From Raillietiella orientalis (lineage: Eukaryota), in NCBI GenBank assembly GCA_036172245.1, contig JAYWIR010000055.1:682001-746000 (forward strand): a DNA stretch of 64,000 bases, read 5' to 3'. A program made the translations under genes and the position numbers. The notes under the pieces were generated by a model that saw only the letters and a program-made list of their open reading frames with translations, did no database searches and was not told the origin of the DNA. Shown piece after piece: positions 23,201 to 39,740 of the stretch (the stretch's first letter is position 1; each line of letters starts with the position of its first letter).

Positions 23201-26200
23201 CTCCTCGCTCGCCCCATGGAGGCAGCGCGGAAACGAAGGGGAGCACTGCTAGAAGAAGGTGCGCCACCGGAGCGGCGAGATTGCACGCCGATATGGCGCG
23301 CCCTTCACCATGGAGGCAGCGAGGCCTCGGAGCACCAGCATGCAATGATCAGGGGATTTCGCGAGTGCGGTTGCGGACACGGAGGGGCGCGAGTTCACGT
23401 GGTGGTGGACCCTGGAGGAAATTCCCCTCTTGGGTGCATTCCCCTTCTCGGCTGGCAATTCCCACCCAGGCATTCATGTGTGCGTGTTTTTTTTTTCTTC
23501 CTTTTTTCGGTCAACATTCAAGAGATTGCATTGCGCGGGTAACTGTTGCCGGAAGCGTCATCGGTTCGAATCAATGATGAATTACCTGAAGCTCGGCTCT
23601 CTGATACTTCGCAAGAAGGGAACTTTTCTCTGGCGATCGCCGAAAGCTTCAGACGGAAAGCTGCCTCGTAATCCAAATCGGAAGCGCTTTCGCAGCCTAG
23701 CAGTTTAGGAAGGAGCCTTGAAGGGGTTACCACGGTTTCGTTTTCCTCCCTAATCTTGAGAAGAAACGCAAAAATTGTGATTCCATGGAATGAGTTGGAA
23801 GATTTTCCAGTCAAGTTGCTCTTCAGATGTGCTTAACGATGTTTTAATAAGAGGTGGTATGCATTCAAGATGGAAAGAAGTTTCGCTGTGCTAAGGCACC
23901 GAAAGAAACAGAACATCGGTTTCAGGAACGTCACGTTCGTGCCTTGGAAAAAAAAAAATTGCAATGGCTTTTCCATGGTGTGCTGTTGGTTCGCCAGCGA
24001 AACAGCCGCGCTGACCCCCCACCGGACAAGTTCAGCTAATTCGCTGCTGCCGCAGGTCGCGTTACCTCTATTGATTCCCTGTCTTGTTCGACGTCTTTCA
24101 GCAGATGTGCTTTGGTCTTCTTCTTCTTGGACATCTTCCCCACCTGGAAAGAGAATCATTGCAGTCCCACTTGGCCAAGTCACTTGTCGCGTGTGGCCCA
24201 TTTGTCGGAAAGGCGCAGTGCAGCTCGTGCCGAGCCGCATCGCTCGTGGCGACCGAGAAACTCGCCCAAGTGGGCAACCTTCTGGGCCCGGGGTCAGAGG
24301 GCGCAGCTCATCCCGCGTCCCTGCTGGACCAGATGCTTACTCCTGGCACGATGCTGGCTCCTGCGGTCGCCACGCTCATTCTTCCTACACAGGCATCAAC
24401 TAGGATCATGACCCTCGGATGAGATCCTCGAATAAGGCTCAGGCGTTCCTATAAGTAGGTGGCACCGTGAGAACTGACTTTTCCCATCTTCCGTCGGAAC
24501 GAGAGATCCTCCATAACTCACGATCCCGATGCAGGGAGCAGGCGTGATCCGACAGCTTGATCCCAATCCAAAAGACGGAAACTTTCATTAGGAGGACGCC
24601 GCATCGATATCGAACAGCTCTTGCGATATGGGAATTTTAGGTGATATGACGCGTTGCTTGTGATGTGATTTATCAGACTGCATGATGACAGGCGCATCAG
24701 CATAAAAGGGCATTTCCCGGATGAAAGTGTGGAGCGGTTGCACGAAACTGCTACAGCAAACGCGATTCCTGTGCTTCCCCGCAGATACCTGCGATGCGAA
24801 AACCTCGAAGACCTCCTCCACCTTTGTGCGGAATGCGTGTACGTTTCTATGCTTGCATGTAGAAGGACGCGCGTGTGTGCTTATGGAATGTTCCAGAGTG
24901 GGAAGAAGAAGCTTTACCGAACTTCGAGTCGTAGAAGATGGAGTCTTGAAAGAAAACCAAGCGCGCAGAAGAAGGCGCTCAGAGTCGCCGACCCGATGGT
25001 GGTGAGGGAAGGGCGCATCTCGCGCTTCTCCGAAGGGATGAAAATGCCTCCAGCAACAGGGAGAGCACAGAGACGCACAGACTGACCCGCAGAGACGACC
25101 GTTCGGGCGTGATCCCTGGCTTGGTCTGCCAGCAGCATCAAAACAGAACCTCAGCTAGTCAGCTGAAACATATGGACACGACTGCGAGAAAAAATCTGCA
25201 GAGCCACCAGCGGTCATCTTCGATGGCTGATGGCAGTTGCAAGAACGCGACTTTTTCTTCTTCTTCTTCTTCTTCTTTCCTTTCAAGATTGTATGTTGCA
25301 CGTGCTTTTCTTCGATTTGAGAGGGGAGAACGGTGACATCCGGGCATCCAGAGTAGAGTGCTTTGAAGAACCGATCAGCGAAGAACATCCCTGCTCCCCT
25401 TTCCTCTGGCAAAAAATGGAAAAAGGGAGCGGAATTTTCACTATCGAATGCGTTCGATAATGGAAAGTGTTGACCGAGAGGGTTCCCTTTAATGAGGCGG
25501 GAGTTCGGGAGTTGTACAGATGAAAGAAGGAGGAGATTTCGTGATGAGTGTCGACACGACAGGTGCACACAAAATGAGGTCGCAGAATGGATGGAGAAAT
25601 TGCAGTTCATGAAACAACAGCACACTGCCAGCTATGCTGGGACAGAACAGAGAAGAGCTCTCCCTACGGCTGACACGTGTTTGCGAAAGTGAACGGGAAA
25701 ACAGCAGCCGCCAGGATGTGACGTGGAAACACTGGGATGAGCGGTCCACGACTGAGCTCTCGACGTGCGGAAGGAGACTCCGCCAGAGAGAGCCACTTTG
25801 GCACTCGTGGCCTCGTCGAAGCTGATGAAGAGAGAGCTTCTCGGAGTGACCTCTCCCTCCCGTTCAGCTCCACACCGTGCCCCCACCAGGGCTCCGAGGC
25901 GAGTGTGCGCGCACATCCGCAATGACCTTGAGAAGCCAAGGCTTCCGGGAAGGCAGCAAAGCGACACCGCTTCGACACGCAGGTGTTGGTCCGTGTCGAA
26001 GCAGCGCAGGCATGCACGAGGACGAGTTATTTGCTGAGGAAGGTTCGGGCTGCTGAGGTTCGGGCGAAAGCGCGCCAAAGTTCGCACAGGGAGCCACAGA
26101 AGCATCCGCGAGCCTATCGGAGAACTTGGAGCTGGGTGGAAGCTGGCCTACGCGCCTGATGCGTGCCCTTGCAATGGGTGTCTCCCGTTTTCCGTGGGGA

Positions 26201-26850
26201 GGACGGTGTTATGGGGCCGCGCACACAAGCGCTAGAAGGGTAACCGCCATCGAGCTCCAGAAGCTGCAAGGAACATGGTGTTTCAACAGAACGGGGGGTG
26301 GGGCTCTTGCTGCAAGGAACGTCATAACCAAAGTGTGTCTCCTGAGCGACGAATCGATGGAACCCAGCTGACCACTTCCGCCTCGAATTTCGCCTCGTGT
26401 GAGTCTTAGGAACATCCGAAAGGCACACCGCGTACAGCAATCCTCCAATGGATGCCCACTATCTGCACGGTAGAGATAACCGATACAATTTCCAGGATTT
26501 GGATGTGCTTCAGCGCACGTGGATTAAAGTGGATTGGGCATCGTTGCTATCCAGGGGATGGTAATGCTCGAGTGAGGATCGCAGAATGTGCGGATAAATG
26601 TGTGCCTCAAAGCCGAACGAGATGTCCGTCCATTCATCGTCGTTCAATTTTGCGGCGGTTCTCTGCGTACGTCTCGTACATCAATCAGTCATTCATGCAG
26701 TGAGCACGAGACGATGGTGCGCTGAATTCAGCAATTCGGTGCAGCAAATGTGGGAGGATGGCAATTTAGGATCATCGCGATGAATTTCTCTGATAATGTA
26801 TGGCGACATGAAGTAAATTCATGATTTAAGATCTGAAGCTTTTGTAAATA

Positions 26851-27210
26851 CAGTGGTACTTCGGTACTCGTCCGCAATTCGTTCGGGAACTCGCGACGAG
26901 TGCCGAAACCGACGAGTACCGAACGAGTCCCTTTCTAGGTTTCGTGGTATCATCCTTAACTATTTCAGGACCCACGATTAAGGCTCAAAATGTACATAAA
27001 TCCCCCCCCCTCCCCAAAAAAAAGGAGGAATGATTCGGAAGGCACTCTATGGAAGTGTTCGCGAGCTGACAGGAAGCGTCATTCGTTTCATCATGAGAGT
27101 ATGGGGTGTCGAGTTGCGGGCGTGCGCCGAGTGTCGGAACACGTCATCAAACTGCGACGAGTACCGAGTTTCATGAGTTCCCGGCACCGTCGAGTACCGA
27201 GGTACACGTG
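26851..27210. mobile_element. Non-autonomous Tc1/mariner-superfamily (pogo/Tigger-like) MITE, about 360 bp
   Basis: The left end TA|CAGTGGTACTTCGGTACTCGTC matches the reverse complement of the right end, TA|CACGTGTACCTCGGTACTCGAC. TA flanks both ends. A subterminal CGACGAGTACCGA-like motif recurs at about 26894, 26910, 27155 and 27190. Confidence 0.8.
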
Positions 27211-28839
27211 TACACATTTGGTAGCGGACGCACGGTTCTGCCTGCGCTATAAATTTGCGAAAATTTCGAGACTCCATGCTGAAAAAGAATTTTTCCAACT
27301 CAACTTAATAAAAGCTTACAAGGGACTGTACTGTACTTAAAACCGAACAGGGTATTATGGAAACAGAGCGAGCGGCACCTACCATCTTGATGGGGGAGGG
27401 GGAGAGAGAGAAAGAAAAATTGACGAGTGAGAAAGAAAGGGAAGCACTCAGGCAACCTTCCAAGTCTCTCATCATTATCTGAAAAGCACATGTGTAATAA
27501 ATATTCAACTGGTGTTAAAAAAAAAAAGAAAAAGAAGAGTGCACATACATGTGTGTGCACTCTTTTTTGAGCACACTGATTGTCTTATCAGGAAGGAAGG
27601 TTGCATCAAGAGTTACTCATCGGTAATCAGTGAAATTCTTTATCATGGAGGCTGATCGTAGTGGCGGAGCACTTACGATTTGAATTCACCGTTCCTTTTC
27701 ACACCGAGTTATTCGCAACCATTCGTGCCGTAGGGCTTTTCGAGTAGGTTCAGGGGAATCGTACGCATGACGTGCACCTCACAAGTATTCAAAGTTTAGA
27801 AAAAAAAAGCTGCATCTCGCGAATGTACGTATCTTTCCGACCGGATGGTGCGCGAGTTGAACGAAATCCGCCGACTCCAATAAAATTCGAATTTACGAGT
27901 TCGGCCATTATGGAGAAACGAAAATCGTCGATCAGTGTGTGTGTGTGTGTGTGTGTTTTTGCCCCGGAAGCCGCCCTCCCATCTTCAGTGATCTTTCCGG
28001 ACCAATTCTCTGGGATTACGTTCGCAGTCCACGGCGAATATTCCAAAAATGGAGGGATCCATCTGGCTTCCATGGAGATACTCGTTCTCTGAGCTGCGCT
28101 TTCCCCGGCCTTTTCTTCCCCTTCTTCCATTTACTTGCTTAAAACGCAGCCCGGTGACACGGCAAAGGCTCGCGTGTTTTCTTCGTGTGCGGAATGGGGT
28201 CGGGCAACTTTGGGGAGAGCAACGCCTGGAGCTCTTGCGCAACTGGCAAAACAAACCGCGGCCGAGAGAGGCGCAGCCATTGGAAACGCTCGCCTCCGCA
28301 GCCGGTGACACGGAAGGAGAGGTGTGCGGCAGTCGGGGCCGTTGCCGGGGGCAACGGGGGCAAAGGTGCTTCAAAGGCAGCTCCGGTGCTGCGAGCGAAA
28401 ACGTTACCGTGAGCAAGTGGATCCACGCAGGAACTTTCCGTGGAAACCGCAGCCGGAGGCTGCCTGGAGACCAGCTCGCCTTGGAGACCGAGGGATGCTG
28501 GATCCGCTGAACCCCGGGCCGGAGGAGATGGCCGTTCCCGTGCCTTCACAGCCGGCAAAAAGACTAATAAGAGTTCGGCGCTTCCCGCAAGAGCGAGCCA
28601 CATGAGCCGTTTGATCGATGCCCCACTCCCCCCTCCCGTTCTCTTTCGCCATGGGTTGCTTACCCACGGCTCGCGTTCCTCCGCAAACGTCAGCTGTTGC
28701 TCGGACGCACGTAAAATCTCCCACATTCTTATTTAAGGCCTCACAAAGGCCTTAAATTGGACACCGCGCGACCACTCGACTGCACAGCGACCAGGAAAGC
28801 CCTAGCCGGATCGCTGGCGCTGCTGTGTCGCCCGGTGGA

Positions 28840-30530
28840 TCATCGCGTGGTGCCAGGACTGCGCGCCTCGCGGGGGGACGAACCGGAGGATCCGCTGCAT
28901 CCGGACCGCGGGAGATTCCTGTTACGACGGTGGTGCTCGTTCCGACGTCTTCCTCCTCCTCCTCCTCGCTCGCACTCGGCGCTCACGAAAGACATCCCGG
29001 GTTGCGAAAGGTCCCCCCCGCTCCGATGATCAATATACTGCCGGTGCAGAAGGGAGGCAGGAAGCGACGGGGAAACGCAGCTTCCGGATAAGCTTCGCTT
29101 TTGAATCGAACGATTTTCTCCTTCGTGGGTGGGTGGAAGCTGGACAGATGCGTTCGGCACGATCGTAGAAGCGCAAGAGCTTCGAAGAAGTATTCCTGTT
29201 TATCCGTTCCCGTCCGTTGATTATGAATTGCCAGTCCTGCGTTGACCTCCCCTCGGCTATTTACTTCGACATTTTCTTGTCTCATTCGCTTCCAAGTTTG
29301 TTTCCTCCAAAGCTGGCTGCCTGCATGGCACTCTCCAAAAAGCTGTTCCAAAAATGGAATGCTTCCATAGAATTCTTCCTCGGTGGACAAGGCTTCGGCG
29401 CCCCCCCCACACACAGAATTGGCGCCGATGAATGTCACCGAATGATAATGGGGCCGAAGCGAAGAGTCTCCGTCGTAGGCAGAGGAGGACAGTTCGCATG
29501 TCCTCCGACTTCCACAAGCTGGAAAGGTTTGCAGAATTTGATTTTCGAGAGTGGAGGGGCTCGGCTGAAGTTCGGTTCAAATCCCTGCTTCGGATGCGAA
29601 GTGCACTCTCATCATCCAATGCAACATCAGAGCATATCAGACGTGCATCCGTATCTGAATTTATTTGAGTCCGTCAGGCGTTCGAAAAGAAAGCTGGGAA
29701 AACGTACACACCGACTGACACAACCAAGTGGAAGCATCATTTGGTGTTGGGCTCGTAGAGAAGATAATTGAATAGCATTCCGCATGTGCATTGATAAGGA
29801 CATTAACCGAACAACAGCTGATTCAAGAGATGCGTATGCCAGTTGTATAATGTGGACTCTATAAATTATATTTCCGACATGATTTTAAGATGAGCACTTT
29901 TAAAATGTGTTATATGCATGCATGCTTCACGTACACGTTCCCTCTGTAAACCTTTCCCTTCTTTTTGAGGGGCTACTCCTACAGTATTTTCTACACACCT
30001 TATGTATCGACCCAACTTGTGTGATTTTAAAGTTCCTTGAAAAAAAAATTTCTTGCATTAATGGAGCAAAAAAACATTGGAAATTCAGAACTGAACTCTC
30101 GAATGCTTAAGGGTCATATGTAGTTACCTACATCCATATATATGGCTTTCCGAAGAATGCAAGGGGCATTTTTGAAAAGTGAAGGAATCCTGGCATTCGA
30201 ATTGAGGACAAAGCTGCATCCACTCAGCATCCGAATTTCTCGTTCAGTAAAAAGCTGCAGTGGACCAAGAAGGATATCCTGAATTTCGACTTGAATAAAA
30301 CCAGAATGCTTTGAATGAACATTTTTGCTTCGGGACCTTTTATCTTGTCTAATGACGAATGGGACCCGAGCTTTCTAGCATAAAAAGATAATGAATATAA
30401 TGATGAATGAAAATGCATCAACAGACACAAACCTGGGAACTCGAATAGCACCGTGTAACGCCATACGGTCGTGGAGTATTTAATATATTCATGCAAAAGC
30501 AATTCCCCCCCAAATGTGAAATAGAAGGGA
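28840..30530 (-). CDS. Possible uncharacterised multi-exon gene (no family recognised; ends undefined)
   Basis: Hand-built chain of stop-free, phase-compatible segments: 30433-30530, 30128-30374, 29937-30051, 29710-29858, 29439-29654, then ORF 28983-29438. They are separated by 46-78 nt GT-AG gaps. Several splice sites are weak. Confidence 0.3.
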
Positions 30531-31045
30531 CTAGTTACAAAGAAAATGTCCTTAAGCTGGTTTCTTCGTTTTTGTCCTGCTACATCGCCCTGTTGAGCAG
30601 AGAATAATCTGTCACCAAAAAGACTGTGGCTGCTTGACGGTGCTACGAGCCATCCTTCATACTTGCATCCCTTTAATGATGATGTTTTTTTCACTAAACA
30701 CAGCTTCTCTTCCACGGACCAAAGGGCACACAGGAAGCAGAATTCAAAGGCCATCTGTGCTCACTTCAACCAGATAATTAGAGCAAATAGCTATAAGCGA
30801 CAATCGCTGGACGAATTTCAGGCATACGTGATAGCATAATGAAACATTTCACCAATACTCCGTGCACGTGAAGGAGAAATGACGGATCTCCTCACTGAAC
30901 GGCATTTAGTACAAGTGTTGGCCATGATGGAAGAACTGCTCGCCAATGGAGCCATCAAAATGTCAGAGAGTTGAATTCCTAACAAAGGAAGACTACACAA
31001 TGCACGTTCAGTAGATGCTTGGATGGCAATGTGTAGCCTCTAGAG

Positions 31046-31349
31046 TAGCGATACTCAACCTTTCTTCTTCTCGGGCCATACACATAAGTTGGCAGCATTA
31101 CGCAGGCCGTATATAGTACGTTATATATTATAATATAATCATGTACAAAAATGAAACTCAAAATCTAAAGGAAACCAAGCATTCATTTAAAAATTAGTGC
31201 AATATTTGATGTTGAGACTTTTTGCCTATTTTAGATAAATCAGATTTATAATTGCTACATGCTTTTATTCTTAATACAATGATATGGACCCACACATGGA
31301 AGCTTGGCGGGTCGCATGTGACCCACGGGCCGTAGATTGAGTATCGCTA
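31046..31349. mobile_element. hAT-superfamily MITE, 304 bp
   Basis: Perfect 13-bp TIR (TAGCGATACTCAA / TTGAGTATCGCTA) and a perfect 8-bp TSD CTCTAGAG at 31038-31045 and 31350-31357. The subterminal GCGGGTCGCATGTGACCCACGGGCCGTAG resembles Charlie/Buster-type ends. Confidence 0.92.
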
Positions 31350-32100
31350 CTCTAGAGGAAGGCCTGCAAAAGTTGACGGGGAATGAAAAAGAATGTTTCT
31401 GACAATGTAGGAGTATAAGCCCCGGAGAGACCCTTGACAGTTATTTTGTAGGAGGGAGTATTCCCATGCATTAGGGGGGAATTAGGAGTTCTGTTTTGAA
31501 AATGATTCGGAATCCAAAGAAAACTTCGTTCTGAGAAGAACTATTTGGTGCTTTAAGTTGTTACAGCGAGATGCCAAGATATGGAAAAAAAAGAAAAAGT
31601 TGATCTCCGTCGTATTTTTCAAGTGTACTAGTGGCATTGTGTTTCTGTAAACATGCTGTTCCTCTTCAGTTTCCCGTTATTATAGTTGGTTTATAATTTC
31701 ATAACATAGCTTTTGACTCTTGCAAATTGCCATTGGGTGGTGTAATATGTTAAAACTTGTGAACTTTTTGAACGAAAGGACGCAGCGGTAGCCCTGCTTC
31801 GTTCTCAGAGTCCATGCTGTGTTGTGGAACGTTCTTCCCCGAGTTTGGAGAAGAAAACCTCTGGCCTTGTGTCCACTCATGGGATTTGCAACTTATGGTC
31901 TCGTTGAGAAACCAGAGCCGTACAAAACGCCCACGAGCAAACGATCCCTTGGTACAGTGTACAAAAATGAGTGAGGAAAGAGTGCACAAGTGCAGACGAA
32001 GTGGTGGCCTTGCTTCACACCTTAACTTTAACGGTGTCCCATAACAAGAGAAAATGGATTGAAGTCGTCTAAAAGAAAGACTTTGTAAAAAAAAAAAAAA

Positions 32101-33548
32101 ATGATGGAAAATTCTGAAATGCCTTCAGCGAAAGATTTGTTAACTCTTACCTCCAGACCATTACGAATATGTGCCCCTATGGTCCGATATTCAAAGTAAA
32201 TAGTAATTGATCATTTCATTTTTACATTAAATGTGTTAGTTAAGTGATGATTAGAGTCTCGTTTACCTCGATGAGACAAAAGTTTTCTTTTTTTTTCTCA
32301 TATTTTTGTTGGTATGTAAGTTCAAATACTTCAAATATGCTGAGCCTGTATGGAGGAAAAGTTTTAAAAAGTTTGGGCATGTTTTATCTAGACTTCCTTT
32401 CCGCCTTCTGGTTAGGAGATATGGATGTGATTTAGCGTACACTCCAATGATCGTTGCTGACTGTTTCGTAAAGTCCCAGAACGCAAGAAAAGCTGATTTT
32501 TCTACAAATTCCGGTATCAATTTAAATTTATGGGATTTTTTTCATGGTGTTATTTTGAGTGAACCTTCAGAATCTACTGTGATATCTTTATTTGACATTT
32601 TTCGTTGAATTCAGTTGACAGACCGTTGATTGTCCAGTTTGCTGCTGAGAAACCTGAAGTGTTTGCATCTGCTGCAGAACTAGTGCACAAGTGAGTCAAA
32701 TTTTGCTCTTGGAGTTTGCGAAAAAATTCAATGAGGCACGAATATTTTTTAAATTCTCAATGATTTTTCAGCTTATGTGATGGGGTAGACCTAAACTGTG
32801 GTTGTCCACAGCGTTGGGCAATGCACGAAGGGTATGGAGCATGTTTGCTTAAGAAGCCAGAGCAAGTTCAAGATATTATACGTCAAACCAGAAATCGTAT
32901 TTCGTCCAGTTTTTCAATTTCACTTAAAATTCGATTACAGCAAGACATCAGGTTGCTAAGATTATATTAGTATGATCCAATAATTTGGACATTAGAGACA
33001 GTGTTGCCTTTTGTAAGCAGATGGAAATGGCTGGAGCTTCATTTATTGCTATTCATGCACGAACAGTAGATCAGCGCAAACAACCTCCTAATGTAGAAGC
33101 GATTCGCATTATTGTTGAAGATTTGGGCATTCCTGTGATTGCTAATGGAGGTGTTTCCAGTTTACAAGATGTAGCTTCCTTGTCTTCTTTGACTGGTTGT
33201 AGAGGTGAGTTCTTCATTTGAGATTCATTATAGACTCGTATTGAAGGTGTCATGGTTGCTCAAGGTTTGCTTCAAAATCCAACATTATTCACTGGTACTC
33301 AGTGCACACCTTGGAGTTGCATTGCTGAGTGGATCCAGTTAGGATTAGTATATCAAACCAATTTTGTACAGTTTCGTCACCAGCTGGGCTTCATGTGTAG
33401 GAAACTATTAGACTCCTCAAACAGAGCAATGTTAACAACCATGCCAGATTGCTTTCACTTACTTGAGTTCCTTCAGCCTCATGCTGATTTCCTGTTTCCT
33501 TCTTATTGCCCACAGTCTAAATACTTTCCACAAGAATTATTCATATGA
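32101..33548 (+). CDS. DUS4L: tRNA-dihydrouridine(20a/20b) synthase-like, 6 exons
   Basis: Exons 32101-32195, 32392-32513, 32615-32690, 32772-32951, 32996-33204 and 33247-33548. Motifs: ICAPMVRYSKLPFRLLVRRYGCDLAYTPMI, DRPLIVQFAA, DGVDLNCGCPQRWAM.EGYGACLL, IHART, IPVIANGG, GVMVAQGLLQNP. AATAAA at about 33872. Confidence 0.93.
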
Positions 33549-35721
33549 TATTTTAGCACTGATGTATCTTGTTACATTGATTGCAATTCAATCGATGCAC
33601 ATGCAGACAAAAAATAGCCTTTTTATTCTCATGTTTTTCAAAGTATTCAACAAGTGTAACCAACAGACACAACTCAAGACAGAAACAGTAATGTAAAGAG
33701 CATGAAGTTCAGTTTTATGAAGACTGAAATTTTCATGTGGAAATTAGATTTACAATTTTTACAGTTTTACAGTGCACTCACCCTCCATTCTTTCATCTTT
33801 TACAAACAAAAAAGTGAATTGCACTTTTTATTAGCGAGAACAGTTTTTGATTCAATTTATCAAAATGTATCAATAAAAAAAATTTCAAGGTAGTATTTAA
33901 ATTTTATCACTGTATCCGGATTCTCGAGCTCTAAGGGGATTCATTTCATCATGACCCAGCATAAAAAAAAAATAAATTGAGCATGCATCTGCATTTGCCA
34001 CAGTTATCCTTATCATCAAAGAGAAAAGGAAGATTAATGTATTTCAAATACCATAGGAAAGGGAATGTTGCGCATTCTCATTATAAAAGCTATTCTCAAC
34101 AAGTTAGGTCTTTGTCACATTCTTAGCCACTGAGTGTTTTTGTGTTTGTTTTTTTATCAGTCATTTAAATCCTACTAACTCAGGGCATCACTGGATTCGG
34201 TAGTGAATGAAGTCCATGAAATGTGGTGTAAAGCTTTAAATAAAACTATATGGATGTAAAGTGCTCGTTTATTTTTGTATTGGAAATGAAAACATGCAAG
34301 CATAAAAAGGGTGGCATGACTTGATGGAATAGGTAGGAGTGGGATTCTCAATGCTTCAAAGTGGTGGCTGTGTAGGAGCAAGTTGCCTTCATTTACCAAC
34401 CCACATGTCAAGTACCAGCAGTCAAGTGCATCAGCTGTTCCTATGTGGACAGCAGTCGCATTTCTCAATCAAACCATTGTTTCAGTTTTTAAAAATCCTT
34501 CGCCACGAAACATTTACTTTTTGTATGTGATGTAGAAGTGCAGGTGAAATGAGAATAGAAAACATTTGAATTTACTGTTGGTAATTCATGTACGTAGGAA
34601 GCTAACTGAAACAGAAGTGATGGTACAGTGAACACCATTCTAATAAACTACCAATTCAGCACTCAAATCAACATCCTAGTTTGTAACTTTGCACTAGTTT
34701 GCAATCAGGGAAAATAAGAAAGCAATTTAATAATAGGGATTCGATTTTCTCCAAATAAAACTGGAGGATTCAACCAAGCTTCCCAATAAGGGGAAATTAA
34801 ACTTGAAGTAAAGTTTTTATAATGAATTTCTGTATTAATAGTTTGTATGTGTTGTATTTCTTTAGTTTTGATGTTCTGACTTTGTTATCAAGGTTAATTC
34901 ATCTAGAATTGCTTAAAATTTGTGTAAAAAGTGCGTTTTGATTAAAAAGTTTCATCCATGGTGCTGGCTGTCGAGACAGTAGATTAGGAATTCAAGGTGT
35001 GTTTATCATTTTTCATCACCATCTTCACAAGATGGAAAACAGATGATACTCAAATCAGCAGATTATAGGAAACTTAATTTTATAACTACATCTAGTTACA
35101 GATTGACTCCACAATTTAAGGAAAAGCTTTTTGATACATAGCAATAAATTCGCAGTGAATATATGAAAAAAGGCTGTGCCAGAGAGAGAGAAATGATTTT
35201 GTTTGCCTCGGAGATAAAAGGGATAATTTGAACACCAGAAAAAATTAACATGCAATTTTCTTCTTATATACAGTTAACCATGCAATGATCAAGAGTGCAC
35301 CAATTTGATTTTTGGCTGCACCACCATAAGTGTTCAGTTTAGCTACTAAGTTTAAGGTCTCAAACTACAAATGTGCCTATTCTTGTCAATTCCAACAGCA
35401 ATCAATCTATGAGAGCCCCCTCAAACAGCAAAGTTGCCATCATGTGCTCTAGGTTGTGACAAAAAAAAAATGTAGAGCAGACTACAGTGGACACAAATGA
35501 ACTTAAGTTCCATTACATAGAATCAGGTAAATTAAATGACAAAGTACCACATAAAACACATTTCATTTTAGCCCTATTTTGTTTCTTTGCAACATGCAAA
35601 ATGAATACTTCCTGAAAATGTTTACATAAAAAGAATTTATTTACAACCGAATGCATATAGGTTCAAAACAATGAGATACACAAGAGTAATCAGTTTTCTG
35701 TTTCCTTTTACTGCAGCTCTT

Positions 35722-39449
<3,728 letters not shown>

Positions 39450-39493
39450 TATGATACACTTTATAATGATACAATTGCTATGAAATCAAAGTC

Positions 39494-39740
39494 CTGAAAA
39501 CATACAATATACGTATAGAGTAAGTTTGCACTAAATATGAACAGAAAGACTGATTGGATACATGAAAACTTTAGACATTTGCAAATATGAACAATCATAA
39601 ATGTTTTTGGCCATTGTAACTTTGCAGCATAAAAAAGAATCTGATAGATATTATCCATACATTCACCTACATAAATTAAATCAAACGAAATTATCTGGTA
39701 CTGCTAGTAAATGCGCCTTACAAAGTACACTACTGAATAA
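39494..39740 (-). promoter_or_regulatory. Candidate SPT16 5'UTR intron and proximal start site
   Basis: On -: acceptor tgttttcag ending at 39494, donor gtaggt at 39670 (or gtgaat at 39666), and an Inr-like TCAGTA at 39731-39736. Confidence 0.45.

Noticed and set aside
23540..23580. GGTTCGAATC B-box-like motif (another at about 50234)
   Set aside because: No cloverleaf or A-box, so not a tRNA.
25560..25625. CTQNEVAEWMEKLQ resembling a PH-domain C-terminal helix
   Set aside because: No upstream exons supplying the rest of a PH fold could be found.
26890..27200. Short repeats that might suggest a CRISPR-like array
   Set aside because: Irregular spacing, eukaryotic context, and explained by MITE subterminal repeats.
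30480..30620. QQGDV...GELLLHEY resembling an SMC head motif
   Set aside because: No Walker A/B, signature motif or coiled coil found.
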